This document shows positions 28,911 through 39,112 of a DNA stretch of 64,000 nucleotides, piece by piece (the first letter of the stretch is position 1; every line of letters starts with the position of its first letter). Origin of the DNA: Acutalibacteraceae bacterium (GTDB lineage Bacteria > Bacillota > Clostridia > Oscillospirales > Acutalibacteraceae); contig JAZUQH010000049.1 in the NCBI GenBank assembly GCA_045605605.1, positions 12,799-76,798 on the forward strand, given 5' to 3'. The notes under the pieces are model-generated. The model worked only from the letters and a program-made list of their open reading frames with translations, had not been told where the DNA came from and ran no database searches. The position numbers and the translations under genes are program-made.

Positions 28911-30101
28911 ATGTCACTTGCAAAAAAACTTTTAGACGAAGGAAAGGGAATATTACGCCTTAAACCTACTTGGGTACCAAGAAGCTTTTGCCGTCCCGGT
29001 AAAAGAATTAAGCTTCACCCAGATGATTATTATATTTTAGGTCTTGAGCGAGGCGGTATAGATGAACGCTGGTTTGCATCTACTACATGGGCAGAAAACG
29101 GCCCCGATACCCCCGAGGACGAGGGACTTTCCTACATAGTTTCAAAGGATGGAAGCGAAAGAATTTTACTTCGCGATGCGATTGATGAATTAAAGGGAGA
29201 AATCATCGGAGAGAATTTATGGAATAAATATCATAAATGGCCTATGTTCTCAAAGTTTTTTGATAATGCAGGTCCCTTGCCCCATCATATACATCATAGA
29301 GATGAGCACGCAAAGAGGGTAGGCGCTGACGGTAAACCCGAAATGTATTTCTTCCCATCACAGTGTAATAATCACGGCGGAGAGTTCCCCTTCACCTTCT
29401 TCGGACTTAACCCCGAAACCACAAAGGAAGAAATGAAAAAGTGCTTAGAGGATTTTCATAAGGGCGATAACAAGCTTTTAGATTTGTCCCGCGCTTATAA
29501 AATAACCCTCGATACAGGTTGGGATGTGCCTCCCGGAGTATTACACGCCCCCGCAAGTCTTTGCACCTATGAACCTCAGTTCGCAAGTGACGTATACGCT
29601 ATGTATCAATCGGTATTATACGGCGGCCACTGTGTACCCGAGGATTTATTATGGAAAAACTGCCCCGAGGAAGAAAAGGGCAACTTTGATTATCTTATGG
29701 ATGTTATTGACTGGGAGGCAAATACCGACCCCGAATTCAGCAAAAAACGCTTTATGGCGCCTAAAACTATCTGGGAAAACGAAAAGGGCAAAGAAGAATG
29801 GATTTGCTATAAATGTCCCGTTGTATCAGCTAAACGCCTTACCGTTAATCCCGGTCAGACTGTGGTTGTCAAGGATATGGCGGCATACGGCCTTATTAAC
29901 CTTCAGGGTACAGGCACTATAAACCAGTGGCCTTTGGAAACACCCACCCTTATCCGTTACGGTGAGCTTACAAACGATGAATATTTCGTGACCGAGGATG
30001 CGGCAAAGCAGGGCGTTACTATAACTAATACCTCGGCTACCGAGCCCATTGTTATGCTCAAGCACTTTGCTGAAAACCCCGAGCTTGTATTAGAGGATTA
30101 A
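28911..30101 (+). CDS. cupin-fold metal-dependent sugar isomerase-like protein (PMI-like; uncertain)
   Basis: The His cluster PLPHHIHHRDEH and the PPGVLHAP segment resemble the two cupin metal motifs. The start at ATG 28911 lies behind AGGAGG. No signal peptide is present. Confidence 0.4.
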   Translation: MSLAKKLLDEGKGILRLKPTWVPRSFCRPGKRIKLHPDDYYILGLERGGIDERWFASTTWAENGPDTPEDEGLSYIVSKDGSERILLRDAIDELKGEIIGENLWNKYHKWPMFSKFFDNAGPLPHHIHHRDEHAKRVGADGKPEMYFFPSQCNNHGGEFPFTFFGLNPETTKEEMKKCLEDFHKGDNKLLDLSRAYKITLDTGWDVPPGVLHAPASLCTYEPQFASDVYAMYQSVLYGGHCVPEDLLWKNCPEEEKGNFDYLMDVIDWEANTDPEFSKKRFMAPKTIWENEKGKEEWICYKCPVVSAKRLTVNPGQTVVVKDMAAYGLINLQGTGTINQWPLETPTLIRYGELTNDEYFVTEDAAKQGVTITNTSATEPIVMLKHFAENPELVLED

Positions 30102-30102
30102 A

Positions 30103-31128
30103 ATGGTTGTTTTATTTAATAAGAAGTTATCAAAAGCCGAAATATTAAGGCGTGTCGGAGATATTTCTCAAATAGCGGGCGCTATCCCCTTTGAGTATAC
30201 AAGCGGCAAAGCAAAGGGAACATCGGCTATAGAAGTTCGTAACGGCGAATTAAGATTTGTTATCCTCACCGATAGAGGTATGGATATATCCTATGCAGAA
30301 TATAAAGGCACACCCGTGTCTTATATTTCGAAGACAGGTATAGTATCGCCTGCCCATTATGATGAAACGGATTTTTTACGCAGCTTCTCTGCGGGACTTC
30401 TTACCACCTGCGGCCTTACCTATAATGGCGCTCCTTGCATTGATGAGGGTGTTTCTTTAGGTGCCCACGGTAGAATTTCAAATATTCCTGCCTTTGATGT
30501 GGGTATTACTCAGGAATGGCAGGGCGATGACTTTGTTATCTCGGTTAAAGGTAAGGTGCGGGAATCCACCGTTTTTGGCGAAAATATGGTTCTGACACGA
30601 ACGATAACAACCAAATTAGGCGATAACACAATTCAGATAAACGATTCCATAGAAAACGAGAGCTTTGCGCCAACACCACTGATGATGCTTTATCATATGA
30701 ATTTCGGTTACCCGCTTGTTTCGGAAAATACCGTTCTTGAAACTAATTGTAAAAACATCCGTCCGCGCGATGAGATTGCCGCTACTGGAATTGATGATGC
30801 TTGTAGGTTCAGCAATCCTATTCACGGTTACAGTGAGCAGGTGTTTTATAGAGATTCTGTTTCTCAAAGCTACGCAACACTTAAAAATCCAGATTTAAAT
30901 ATAAGCGCTACTGTAAGCTTTTCGGGAGACCAGCTACCGTATCTTATTGAGTGGAAGCAAGTGGGCGAACAAGAATATGTTGTAGGATTAGAACCCGCTA
31001 CATATCCACCCGATGGAAGAGCGAAGGCAAGAGAGAGAAATGAACTTTTATATCTTGCTCCAAACAAATGTAAAGTTCATAACATAACCTTGTCTTTTCA
31101 AAACGGTGAGTCTGCTTTAAAAACATAA
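30103..31128 (+). CDS. aldose-1-epimerase-fold protein (DUF4432-like)
   Basis: 341 aa. The N-terminal RVGDISQIAG...LTDRGMDI pattern matches my memory of DUF4432, a mutarotase-like family. Confidence 0.6.
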   Translation: MVVLFNKKLSKAEILRRVGDISQIAGAIPFEYTSGKAKGTSAIEVRNGELRFVILTDRGMDISYAEYKGTPVSYISKTGIVSPAHYDETDFLRSFSAGLLTTCGLTYNGAPCIDEGVSLGAHGRISNIPAFDVGITQEWQGDDFVISVKGKVRESTVFGENMVLTRTITTKLGDNTIQINDSIENESFAPTPLMMLYHMNFGYPLVSENTVLETNCKNIRPRDEIAATGIDDACRFSNPIHGYSEQVFYRDSVSQSYATLKNPDLNISATVSFSGDQLPYLIEWKQVGEQEYVVGLEPATYPPDGRAKARERNELLYLAPNKCKVHNITLSFQNGESALKT

Positions 31129-31154
31129 ATATGCTAAATTAAGGAGAATCATTC

Positions 31155-33212
31155 ATGAAATGGTATGAGGATAAATTCCGCCGTCATCTTTGCGATATGC
31201 ATATTGATGATTGGAACGAGGAATTTTTAAGCGAATTTTCGGCAGAAAATTACTTTAAAATGCTCAAAAAAGCAAATGTGCAGATGGCAATGATCTATCT
31301 GCAGTCCCACTTAGGACTTTGTAATTGGGAAAGCAAAACAGCAAAGGTGCACCGTTTTTTTGCGAAGCGGCCCAATGAAATCAAAAGGCTTATAGATATG
31401 TGCCGCGCAGACGGTATAAGGGTTATGGGTTATTATAGTCTTAACTTTAATCGCGCGGCATACGACGAACACCCTGAGTGGAGTATGCGAAGAGAGGACG
31501 GTCTTGCTGACCCTGAGCGTTGGTCGGGCGACCGCAAAGGTCTTTGCTGTCCCAATAATTATGAGTACCGCGAATTTGTTTACCGACAGATTGATGAGAT
31601 GTTGGAAGAATATGAGCTTGACGGACTTTTCTTTGATATGCTTTATTGGCCACAGGTCTGCTACTGTGATTCCTGTAAAGCAAGATATAAAAAAGAAACA
31701 GGAAAGGAGGCGCTTCCGATTCAGAAAAGCGCGACTCAAAAGGAATGGATAGAATTTGCGGATATCAGAGCCTATTGGATGGGCGAATGGGCTCAGTCTG
31801 TTACCGATTACGTGCACTCCAAAAACAAAGACCTTGCGGTTGAGCATAATTTTTCCTCTGCCGCATCTCAAAGTCCTTGGGGTTGTTGCAGAGATGGCGT
31901 AAGCGAAGCCAGTGACTTTACAGGCGGAGACCTTTACGGCGGAGCCTTGGAGCAATCCTTTGTTTGCAAAATGTACCAAGCTTTGTCTAAAAATCAACCT
32001 TTTGAATATATGACAGGCAGATGCACCCCAAATCTCTTAACTCATACCGTAACCAAAACCGAGGATAGTTTAATGCGCCACGTTATGCTTACCTGCGCTC
32101 ATCACGGCGCATCTTTGATGATAGATGCCATAGACCCCGTAGGCACCCTTGACGAAAGGGTTTATGACTTAATTGGTAAATGCTTTGGGCAAGAGGCTGA
32201 TTATGAACAGTATTTAAAAGGCGATATGATTGCCGATATTGGAATTTTTTATAATCTTGATTCTAAATTCAATATGCAAAATACGGGCGGCTCTGCCGAG
32301 CAGTTTTTACATTTTAACGTAAATCAGTTGCATCTTACAAACCACACCGCCTCTCTTGGCGCTATGAAAACTCTTGTGGGTGAACACATCCCCAACGCCA
32401 TTACCACAAAGGGTAGAAAGGGCGATTGGGAAAAATACAAGGTGCTTGTGGCTCCCAACATAAACCGCTTAGAAGAGGAAACCGTTGATGCTTTAATAGC
32501 ATACGTTAATGATGGCGGAAATCTTTATTTTAATAACTGCGATGAGCCACGCCTTTTTGAAACCCTCATAGGCGGCAAATATATAGGTCACACCAATGTA
32601 AAGCCCTATATGTTCCCAAAAGAAAACTGCGAGGATTATATACCCAGTTACAATATCAAATACCCACTGCCATTAAGCTTTTCCGCGCCTATGGTTGAGG
32701 GAGTAGAGGATGAATATATTAAGGGTTACTTAAAGTTCCCCTACACGACGAGAATGGAGCGCCGTTGCGCCTCATTCCATTCCGACCCACCCGGTATTGA
32801 TACGAAATATCCTGCTATTATTGATAAGCCCTTCGGAAAAGGCAGAGTTATTTGGTGCGCCGGTTCCCCCGAATTATATGAGGCAAAAGCATACCGAGAT
32901 ATGTTTATAGCTTTGATTTCAAAACTTCATAACGATAAATTCACCGTTTCTTCAACTGCGCCAAGCAGCGTAGAATTAGTTTCCTTCAAAGAGAACAATA
33001 AAATCCGCATAAGCGCTGTAAACCTTATGGATGGCGATACCTTCTTTGCCTACCCCGATTTTTCTGTAACCGTTAAAACAGATAAAAATGTATCATCGGT
33101 TAAATTATTGCCCGATAAAAAAGAAATTCCATTTGAAGTCGAAAAAGACAGGGTGACCTTTAATGTATCAGGTCTTAAAATTATGGAAATGTTTGAAATA
33201 GAAACGGAATAA
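31155..33212 (+). CDS. putative glycoside-hydrolase-like protein (GHL6-type TIM barrel plus GATase-like trimerisation domain; uncertain)
   Basis: 685 aa. The N-terminal FRRHLCDMHIDDW and the later VLVAPNINRLEEETVDALIAYVNDGGNLYF resemble a GHL6 / beta-galactosidase middle-domain architecture. No signal peptide is present. Confidence 0.4.
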   Translation: MKWYEDKFRRHLCDMHIDDWNEEFLSEFSAENYFKMLKKANVQMAMIYLQSHLGLCNWESKTAKVHRFFAKRPNEIKRLIDMCRADGIRVMGYYSLNFNRAAYDEHPEWSMRREDGLADPERWSGDRKGLCCPNNYEYREFVYRQIDEMLEEYELDGLFFDMLYWPQVCYCDSCKARYKKETGKEALPIQKSATQKEWIEFADIRAYWMGEWAQSVTDYVHSKNKDLAVEHNFSSAASQSPWGCCRDGVSEASDFTGGDLYGGALEQSFVCKMYQALSKNQPFEYMTGRCTPNLLTHTVTKTEDSLMRHVMLTCAHHGASLMIDAIDPVGTLDERVYDLIGKCFGQEADYEQYLKGDMIADIGIFYNLDSKFNMQNTGGSAEQFLHFNVNQLHLTNHTASLGAMKTLVGEHIPNAITTKGRKGDWEKYKVLVAPNINRLEEETVDALIAYVNDGGNLYFNNCDEPRLFETLIGGKYIGHTNVKPYMFPKENCEDYIPSYNIKYPLPLSFSAPMVEGVEDEYIKGYLKFPYTTRMERRCASFHSDPPGIDTKYPAIIDKPFGKGRVIWCAGSPELYEAKAYRDMFIALISKLHNDKFTVSSTAPSSVELVSFKENNKIRISAVNLMDGDTFFAYPDFSVTVKTDKNVSSVKLLPDKKEIPFEVEKDRVTFNVSGLKIMEMFEIETE

Positions 33213-33220
33213 CAGAATAA

Positions 33221-33260
33221 AAAGCATAACCCCGAGGTAAAACCTCGGGGTTATGCTTTT
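33221..33260. terminator. bidirectional terminator
   Basis: AAAGCATAACCCCGAGG pairs with CCTCGGGGTTATGCTTT in a 17-bp hairpin with a T-run. Confidence 0.8.
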
Positions 33261-33262
33261 TA

Positions 33263-34294
33263 TTATTCTATCTCATCTGCAAGTTTTAAAATCAGCTTTT
33301 CGGTCTTTTCCCATCCGAGACATGGGTCGGTTATGGATTTACCGTAAATATGCTCACCTATCTTTTGGGCGCCGTCCTCAATATAGCTTTCTATCATAAT
33401 ACCCTTTACTAATTTCTTAATATCGTTATTATGGTTTCTGCTATAAATAACATCCTTGGCAATTCTTATCTGCTCAAGATATTTTTTGCCTGAGTTTGCG
33501 TGATTGGCATCCACTATTGCGGCGGGATTCAGAAGGCCTGATTTTTCATAATCCTCATATAGTCTTACAAGGTCCTCATAATGATAGTTGGAAACGCATC
33601 TTCCGCCGCCATCCACATAGCCTCTGAGTATTGCGTGAGCCATAGGGTTGCCGTTTGAGTGTACCTCCCAGCCTCTGTATATAAAGGTATGCTTACTCTG
33701 AGCCGCCTTTATAGCGTTCATCATAACACTGTTATCGCCACCCGTTGGGTTTTTCATACCTACGGGAACATTGAGTCCGCTGGCAGTTAGGCGGTGCTGT
33801 TGATTTTCAACCGAACGGGCACCCACTGCAACATAGGCTAAAAGGTCGGATAAATAACGGTGATTTTCGGGGTACAGCATCTCATCGGCACAGGTAAAGC
33901 CATAATCCTTAAGGGCGGTCATATGAAGCTCTCTTATGGCTACTATACCCTTAAGCATATCGGGACGTTCATCGGGATTCGGCTGATGAAGCATACCCTT
34001 ATAGCCCTCACCCGTTGTGCGAGGCTTGTTTGTGTAAATACGGGGAATAATAAATATCTTATCCTTTACCTCTTGCGAAACCTTTTTAAGACGGCCTATA
34101 TAATCAAGCACCGCCTCATTATTATCGGCAGAGCAAGGCCCTATAACCAAAATAAGCTTATCCGATTTGCCCTCGAAAATATCCTTGATTTCTTGGCTTC
34201 TTTGCTCTTTAACGATGGCTGACGCCTCATCTAAAGGGTACTGCTCCTTAACCTCTTTAGGCACAGGTAACTTTCTTTCAAAATCTAAATTCAT
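33263..34294 (-). CDS. 3-deoxy-7-phosphoheptulonate (DAHP) synthase, class I-alpha (AroF/G/H type)
   Basis: It has LILVIGPCS, KPRTT and YGKSITDPCLGWEKTE, and is collinear with E. coli AroG. Confidence 0.9.
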   Translation of the reverse strand: MNLDFERKLPVPKEVKEQYPLDEASAIVKEQRSQEIKDIFEGKSDKLILVIGPCSADNNEAVLDYIGRLKKVSQEVKDKIFIIPRIYTNKPRTTGEGYKGMLHQPNPDERPDMLKGIVAIRELHMTALKDYGFTCADEMLYPENHRYLSDLLAYVAVGARSVENQQHRLTASGLNVPVGMKNPTGGDNSVMMNAIKAAQSKHTFIYRGWEVHSNGNPMAHAILRGYVDGGGRCVSNYHYEDLVRLYEDYEKSGLLNPAAIVDANHANSGKKYLEQIRIAKDVIYSRNHNNDIKKLVKGIMIESYIEDGAQKIGEHIYGKSITDPCLGWEKTEKLILKLADEIE

Positions 34295-35160
34295 ATATCC
34301 TTCCTCTTTCCGAAATGTTTTCTTCTCTCAGAGGAAAGTCGCATCATTTGGCGCATATCCTCACGCTCATCATTTTTTATATGCTCATAAAGCTTATCAA
34401 AAGCCCTTCTATATGAATCCATTTCATTTAGTAAGGCCTTTTTATTTTCTAAAAACAGCTCACTCCACATCTCATCGTTAATATCGGCAATTCTTGTTAA
34501 ATCCCTAAAAGAGTCGCCCGTATATTTAACAAGGTCGGGATCCCCGTTTGCGCACATAAGAGATACTGCAATACAGTGGGTAAGCTGAGATAAAAAGGCT
34601 ATCATTTTATCGTGCTCTTCGGGAGAAAGCACAGAAATATTGGCAAAGCCTAAGCTTTCACCCAAAGCCTTGCAGATGTCTATTGCCTCTTCGGTATTTT
34701 TTTCAGTGGGAACAACAATATAGTTTGCTCCTTTAAATATTTCGGGGTCGCTGTTTTTTATACCGCTTGCCTCTCTACCTGCCATAGGGTGCGCCGAAAT
34801 AAATTCTGCCTTTAATTTTTCCTGAACTAAAAAAACTATACTTCCCTTAACACCCGTAACATCGGTAACAACAGTATCCTCATCAATAAGGTGACCGTAA
34901 TTTTCCACCCACTCCAAAAATATTTTAGGATAAAGAGCGAAGATTATAAGGTCTGCCTCTTTTATAAGTCTCTCTTCTACCTCAGTAGTGCCATAGGCTA
35001 TCATTTTTTCCTTTAAAGCGAATTCTATATCCTCTTGGTTTTTGGTAATAGCGCTTACCTTATAGCCGTTACTGCTCAGCGCCTTTGCATAGCTTCCGCC
35101 GAGAAGACCAAGACCTACTATTAAAATATCTAAATTTTTATCAAGTTTCATTGCTAACAA
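34291..35160 (-). CDS. tyrA: prephenate dehydrogenase
   Basis: It has an IVGLGLLGGSYAKAL Rossmann motif and AHPMAG. The length is 289 aa. Confidence 0.85.
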   Translation of the reverse strand: MLAMKLDKNLDILIVGLGLLGGSYAKALSSNGYKVSAITKNQEDIEFALKEKMIAYGTTEVEERLIKEADLIIFALYPKIFLEWVENYGHLIDEDTVVTDVTGVKGSIVFLVQEKLKAEFISAHPMAGREASGIKNSDPEIFKGANYIVVPTEKNTEEAIDICKALGESLGFANISVLSPEEHDKMIAFLSQLTHCIAVSLMCANGDPDLVKYTGDSFRDLTRIADINDEMWSELFLENKKALLNEMDSYRRAFDKLYEHIKNDEREDMRQMMRLSSERRKHFGKRKDI

Positions 35161-36343
35161 ATCCTAATGTGCCAATTTTTTCAAAAAAGTCAGGGAAGCT
35201 TTTGCTTACCGCTTCGGCTCCCTTTATTTCTCCGCCAGTCACAGAGCAAAGAACTGCAAGTGACATTACTATTCTATGGTCATTATGTCCCCATAGCGCT
35301 TCCTTTGGGGCGTAAAGCTTGCCCTTTCCTACCGTAACGCTGTTTTCTTCCACGGTTAATTCTATGCCGAATTTTGAAAGCTCTCGCTTCATAGCATCGG
35401 CTCTATCGCTTTCCTTTATTTTAAGCCTTTTGGTGCCTTTAAAATAAGCTCCTCCCAAAGCGGCTGAGAGGGCAAACATAATGGGCGCTAAATCGGGGCA
35501 ATCCGATAAATCAAAGCTCTTTACCCCGTTTTTTAAATCCTCATACATTCTAAGATAAACCCTATCACCCTGAAGACTTTTTTCATCAAGCCCTAAAACC
35601 TTAACACTTCCGCCTAAAAGATTAAAGGCATCAAGAAAGGCGGCATTTGAATAATCACCCTCAACGGTTACATTCTTATTTCCATACTTCTGATTACCCT
35701 TAATAAAATATCCGTAAGCCTCTTCCTTTATCTCTATACCGAAACGCCTTAGAGTATTTAAAGTCATATCAATATACGGCTTACTTTCGAGTCTACCCTC
35801 TATCACTATTTTGCTATCCTCGGAAATCAGCGGCAAAGTGAAAAGAAGCCCCGTTATAAACTGACTTGAAATATCGCCTCTAACATTATATTCTCCGCCT
35901 TTTAGTTTTCCGCAAACAGTAATACTCTCGCTTGTGCGGTTAAACATAATTCCCTGCTTTTTGCATATATCCTCATATATATCCTGAGGTCTTTCCATAA
36001 GCCTCGGGGAACCTTTAAGAGTAACACTTTTTCCCGAAAGCATACAAAGGGGCAATAAAAATCTAAGGGTACTGCCCGATTCAAAACAATCAATCACAGT
36101 GTTTTCAGGTATATTAAAGGGATTAAATCCGCCTATAATTATGGCATCATTATTTTTTTCTATATTTGCGCCAAGGTCCTTAAGACAATTAAGGGTTGCC
36201 TTAATATCCTCGCTCTCGGCAATATTAAAAACCTTGCTTTCCTTACTTAGCGCCGCCGAAATCAAGCTCCTGTGGGCATCGGATTTTGAGGGGGGCGCAT
36301 TAGTCACACCCGAAAGGACAGACTTTTTAACGGTTACGGTCAT
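35141..36343 (-). CDS. aroA: 3-phosphoshikimate 1-carboxyvinyltransferase (EPSP synthase)
   Basis: PPSKSDAHRSLI, LFLGNAGTA-equivalent regions and KESDR are present. Confidence 0.9.
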   Translation of the reverse strand: MTVTVKKSVLSGVTNAPPSKSDAHRSLISAALSKESKVFNIAESEDIKATLNCLKDLGANIEKNNDAIIIGGFNPFNIPENTVIDCFESGSTLRFLLPLCMLSGKSVTLKGSPRLMERPQDIYEDICKKQGIMFNRTSESITVCGKLKGGEYNVRGDISSQFITGLLFTLPLISEDSKIVIEGRLESKPYIDMTLNTLRRFGIEIKEEAYGYFIKGNQKYGNKNVTVEGDYSNAAFLDAFNLLGGSVKVLGLDEKSLQGDRVYLRMYEDLKNGVKSFDLSDCPDLAPIMFALSAALGGAYFKGTKRLKIKESDRADAMKRELSKFGIELTVEENSVTVGKGKLYAPKEALWGHNDHRIVMSLAVLCSVTGGEIKGAEAVSKSFPDFFEKIGTLGFVSNET

Positions 36344-36780
36344 TATTTATTCCCAACCTTTTCTAAAATTGAGTCAATCGCCTCAAGGTAGCCCTCAAAT
36401 CCGTGACCTGTTATAGTCTTAAAGCAGTAGTATTTAACAAAGCTTATCTGCCTGAATTCTTCCCTTGAGGGTACATCTGAAATATGCACCTCAACTGCAG
36501 GGATATTAACAGATTTTAAAGCATCAAGAATTGCAACGCTCGTATGGGTAAAGGCGGCTGGATTTATAACAATACCCTCAAATTTACCGAGTGCCTTTTG
36601 AATTTCTGTTACAATATCTCCCTCATAGTTAGACTGAAAGAGCTTAACCTTTACTTTCTTTGCTTTGGCATAATTTCTTATGCCCTTTTTAAGCGCCTTA
36701 TAGGTTTTTTCACCGTAAATTTCAGGCTCTCTTATACCTAACATATTAAGATTAGGTCCGTTAATTACAAGAATTTTCAT
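36343..36780 (-). CDS. aroQ: type II 3-dehydroquinate dehydratase
   Basis: MKILVINGPNLNMLGIREPEIYG with NPAAFTHTSVA. Confidence 0.92.
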   Translation of the reverse strand: MKILVINGPNLNMLGIREPEIYGEKTYKALKKGIRNYAKAKKVKVKLFQSNYEGDIVTEIQKALGKFEGIVINPAAFTHTSVAILDALKSVNIPAVEVHISDVPSREEFRQISFVKYYCFKTITGHGFEGYLEAIDSILEKVGNK

Positions 36781-38015
36781 TTCATAAATTCCTCTAAAAT
36801 CATATTTGCAAAATCCTCGGGGGTTTTATCTCCGCAAACTGCGAAATCACAGCTTGATTTATAAATTTCATATCGCTCGTTATACCTTTTTTGAAGGTCG
36901 ATTTTATTACTTGAAAGGGGACGGTCAGGGGTAACAGTCAGGCTCTCTAAGGGTCTATCTATAAAATAAACTCTGCCGTTCTTTTTTAAGTTATCTACAT
37001 TTTCTTTTCTAAGGATAGCTCCGCCGCCTGTGGCTAAAACTAAATTCTGCCTTGAAGAAATGGTTTCTATAGCCTTGCTTTCAAGGGTTCTGAAGCCGCT
37101 CTCTCCCATTTCTTTGAAAATCTGAGGAATATCCTTTCCGAAAAGCCTTACGATTTCTTCATCTGTATCAACAAACTCTTTTTTTAGTTTATCTGCTAAA
37201 ATTCTGCCTACCGTGGTTTTTCCGCTTGATGGCATACCGATTAAAACGATATTTTCTTTTTCCTTAACCATCTCGTTATAAATGCGGTCAACCTTTTTTT
37301 CGGCTACCTTTTCACCCACAAACTCTTCTGCCGCAAAGGCTGCCTGAGAGATAAGCATATAAAGTCCGCCAATAGCCTTAATTCCCTTTTCCCTTGCCTT
37401 TAAAACAAGCTCACTTCTAAGGGGGTTATAAACTGCATCTATAACTCCCGAAAGGGATGGGAATTTATCTATATCAATAGCCGCTCCGCTTATATTCGGA
37501 TGCATTCCGCAGGGGGTGGTATTTATGATAATCTCAGCATCGGTATGGTTTTTAAGAGCCTCATCATAGGTTATCGTATCCTCGCTATCACTTCTTGAAA
37601 GTCTGTAAACTTCCTTAGCGCCAAGACTTTGCGCCACCGCCTTTGCGGTTTTTGAGGTTCCGCCCGAGCCTAAGATAAGCACCTTTTTATTTTTGATTTC
37701 TATCCTTGCTTTTTTGATTAAAGCCGTAAGACCTGAAAAATCAGTATTAAAGCCGTAAAGCTTACCGCCCTTATTCACGATGGTATTTACAGCGCCTATA
37801 CTTTTCGCCCTTTCATCAATAAAATCGAGATAAGGGATAACATCCTGCTTATAGGGTATAGTCACGTTGATAGCCTTAAAATCCTTTGCCTTCATAAAGG
37901 CATCCAAATCCTCTTTGGCTATCTCGAGAAGCTCATATTTATAATCAAAAAGCTTAGGGTGAATCTGAGCCGAAAAGCTATGACCTAACCTTTCGCCTAT
38001 ACAACCGTATTCCAT
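36777..38015 (-). CDS. bifunctional shikimate dehydrogenase / shikimate kinase (AroE-AroK fusion)
   Basis: The N-terminal AroE part has GSGGTSKTA and NVTIPYK. The C-terminal kinase part has the P-loop GMPSSGKTTVGR. Total length is 412 aa. Confidence 0.85.
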   Translation of the reverse strand: MEYGCIGERLGHSFSAQIHPKLFDYKYELLEIAKEDLDAFMKAKDFKAINVTIPYKQDVIPYLDFIDERAKSIGAVNTIVNKGGKLYGFNTDFSGLTALIKKARIEIKNKKVLILGSGGTSKTAKAVAQSLGAKEVYRLSRSDSEDTITYDEALKNHTDAEIIINTTPCGMHPNISGAAIDIDKFPSLSGVIDAVYNPLRSELVLKAREKGIKAIGGLYMLISQAAFAAEEFVGEKVAEKKVDRIYNEMVKEKENIVLIGMPSSGKTTVGRILADKLKKEFVDTDEEIVRLFGKDIPQIFKEMGESGFRTLESKAIETISSRQNLVLATGGGAILRKENVDNLKKNGRVYFIDRPLESLTVTPDRPLSSNKIDLQKRYNERYEIYKSSCDFAVCGDKTPEDFANMILEEFMK

Positions 38016-38017
38016 TT

Positions 38018-39112
38018 TTATTTATTACCTAACCAATCTGTTCCGTATTTCAATGCCAACATATCTGCAAGAGCTATGGCTGTTATACTGTCAACTACCA
38101 CACGGGCTCTGTGAACAATGCAAGGGTCGTGTCTGCCCTTAGCAGAAAGGATAGTATTGCTTTTTTCTTTAAGATTTACACTTTCCTGCTCCTTAGAAAT
38201 GGTAGGTGTCGGACGCATTGCCACACGGAAGATTATAGGACTTCCGTTAGAGATTCCGCCGTTTATTCCCCCGCTATTGTTGGTTTTGGTTTTAACGGAG
38301 CCGTCTTCCATATAAAAGGCATCGTTAGCCTCGCTACCCTTCATATCGCTAATACCGAAGCCTGCGCCAAACTCAACTCCCTTAACACCGGGGATGGAGA
38401 ATAAGGCGTGGGATAAAACGCCCTCCAAAGAATCAAACCAAGGCTCGCCTATACCTGCCTCTAAGCCTAAAACAGCGGTTTCGAGCACTCCGCCAACGCT
38501 ATCGCCCTCGGCTTTAACTGACTCGATTTTTGCAGTCATTTCTTCACCCTTGTTGCTATCAAGAACGGCAAAGGTTAGGCTGTTTAGCTTATCTATATCC
38601 TTTTGGTAATCTGAAAAATCTCTATCCGTTACCCCTGCGCATTTTGCAATATGGGTACCAATGCTAATACCCTTTTCATTAAGAGCAGAAATAACTATAG
38701 CGCCTGCCGCTACTATTGCCGCAGTAATACGTCCGCTAAAATGACCGCCTCCGCAAAAGTTTTCAAAGCCTTTATATTTTATATGGGCGGCAAAATCCGC
38801 ATGAGAAGGACGGGGTATATCCATTTCCTCGCCGTAATCGGCAGAACGGGTATCCTTATTTGGAATAATTATGCAAAGGGGTGAGCCCGTTGTAAAGCCA
38901 TTAAATACTCCGCTTACTATCTTAAACTCATCCTGCTCATTTCTTGGTGTTGAAATCTTGCCGCTTGGACGGCGAAGAGAAAGCTTTTCTTTTATAAACT
39001 CTTCATCTATCTTAATACCTGCGCTAAGGCCGTCAATAACCGCGCCTATGGCTTCCCCGTGGCTTTCACCGAAAAGGGTAATAGCTACCTGATTTCCGAA
39101 GGTGTTTTTCAT
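38018..39112 (-). CDS. aroC: chorismate synthase
   Basis: FGESHG, RPSHADF and GRHDPC motifs are present. Confidence 0.95.
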   Translation of the reverse strand: MKNTFGNQVAITLFGESHGEAIGAVIDGLSAGIKIDEEFIKEKLSLRRPSGKISTPRNEQDEFKIVSGVFNGFTTGSPLCIIIPNKDTRSADYGEEMDIPRPSHADFAAHIKYKGFENFCGGGHFSGRITAAIVAAGAIVISALNEKGISIGTHIAKCAGVTDRDFSDYQKDIDKLNSLTFAVLDSNKGEEMTAKIESVKAEGDSVGGVLETAVLGLEAGIGEPWFDSLEGVLSHALFSIPGVKGVEFGAGFGISDMKGSEANDAFYMEDGSVKTKTNNSGGINGGISNGSPIIFRVAMRPTPTISKEQESVNLKEKSNTILSAKGRHDPCIVHRARVVVDSITAIALADMLALKYGTDWLGNK

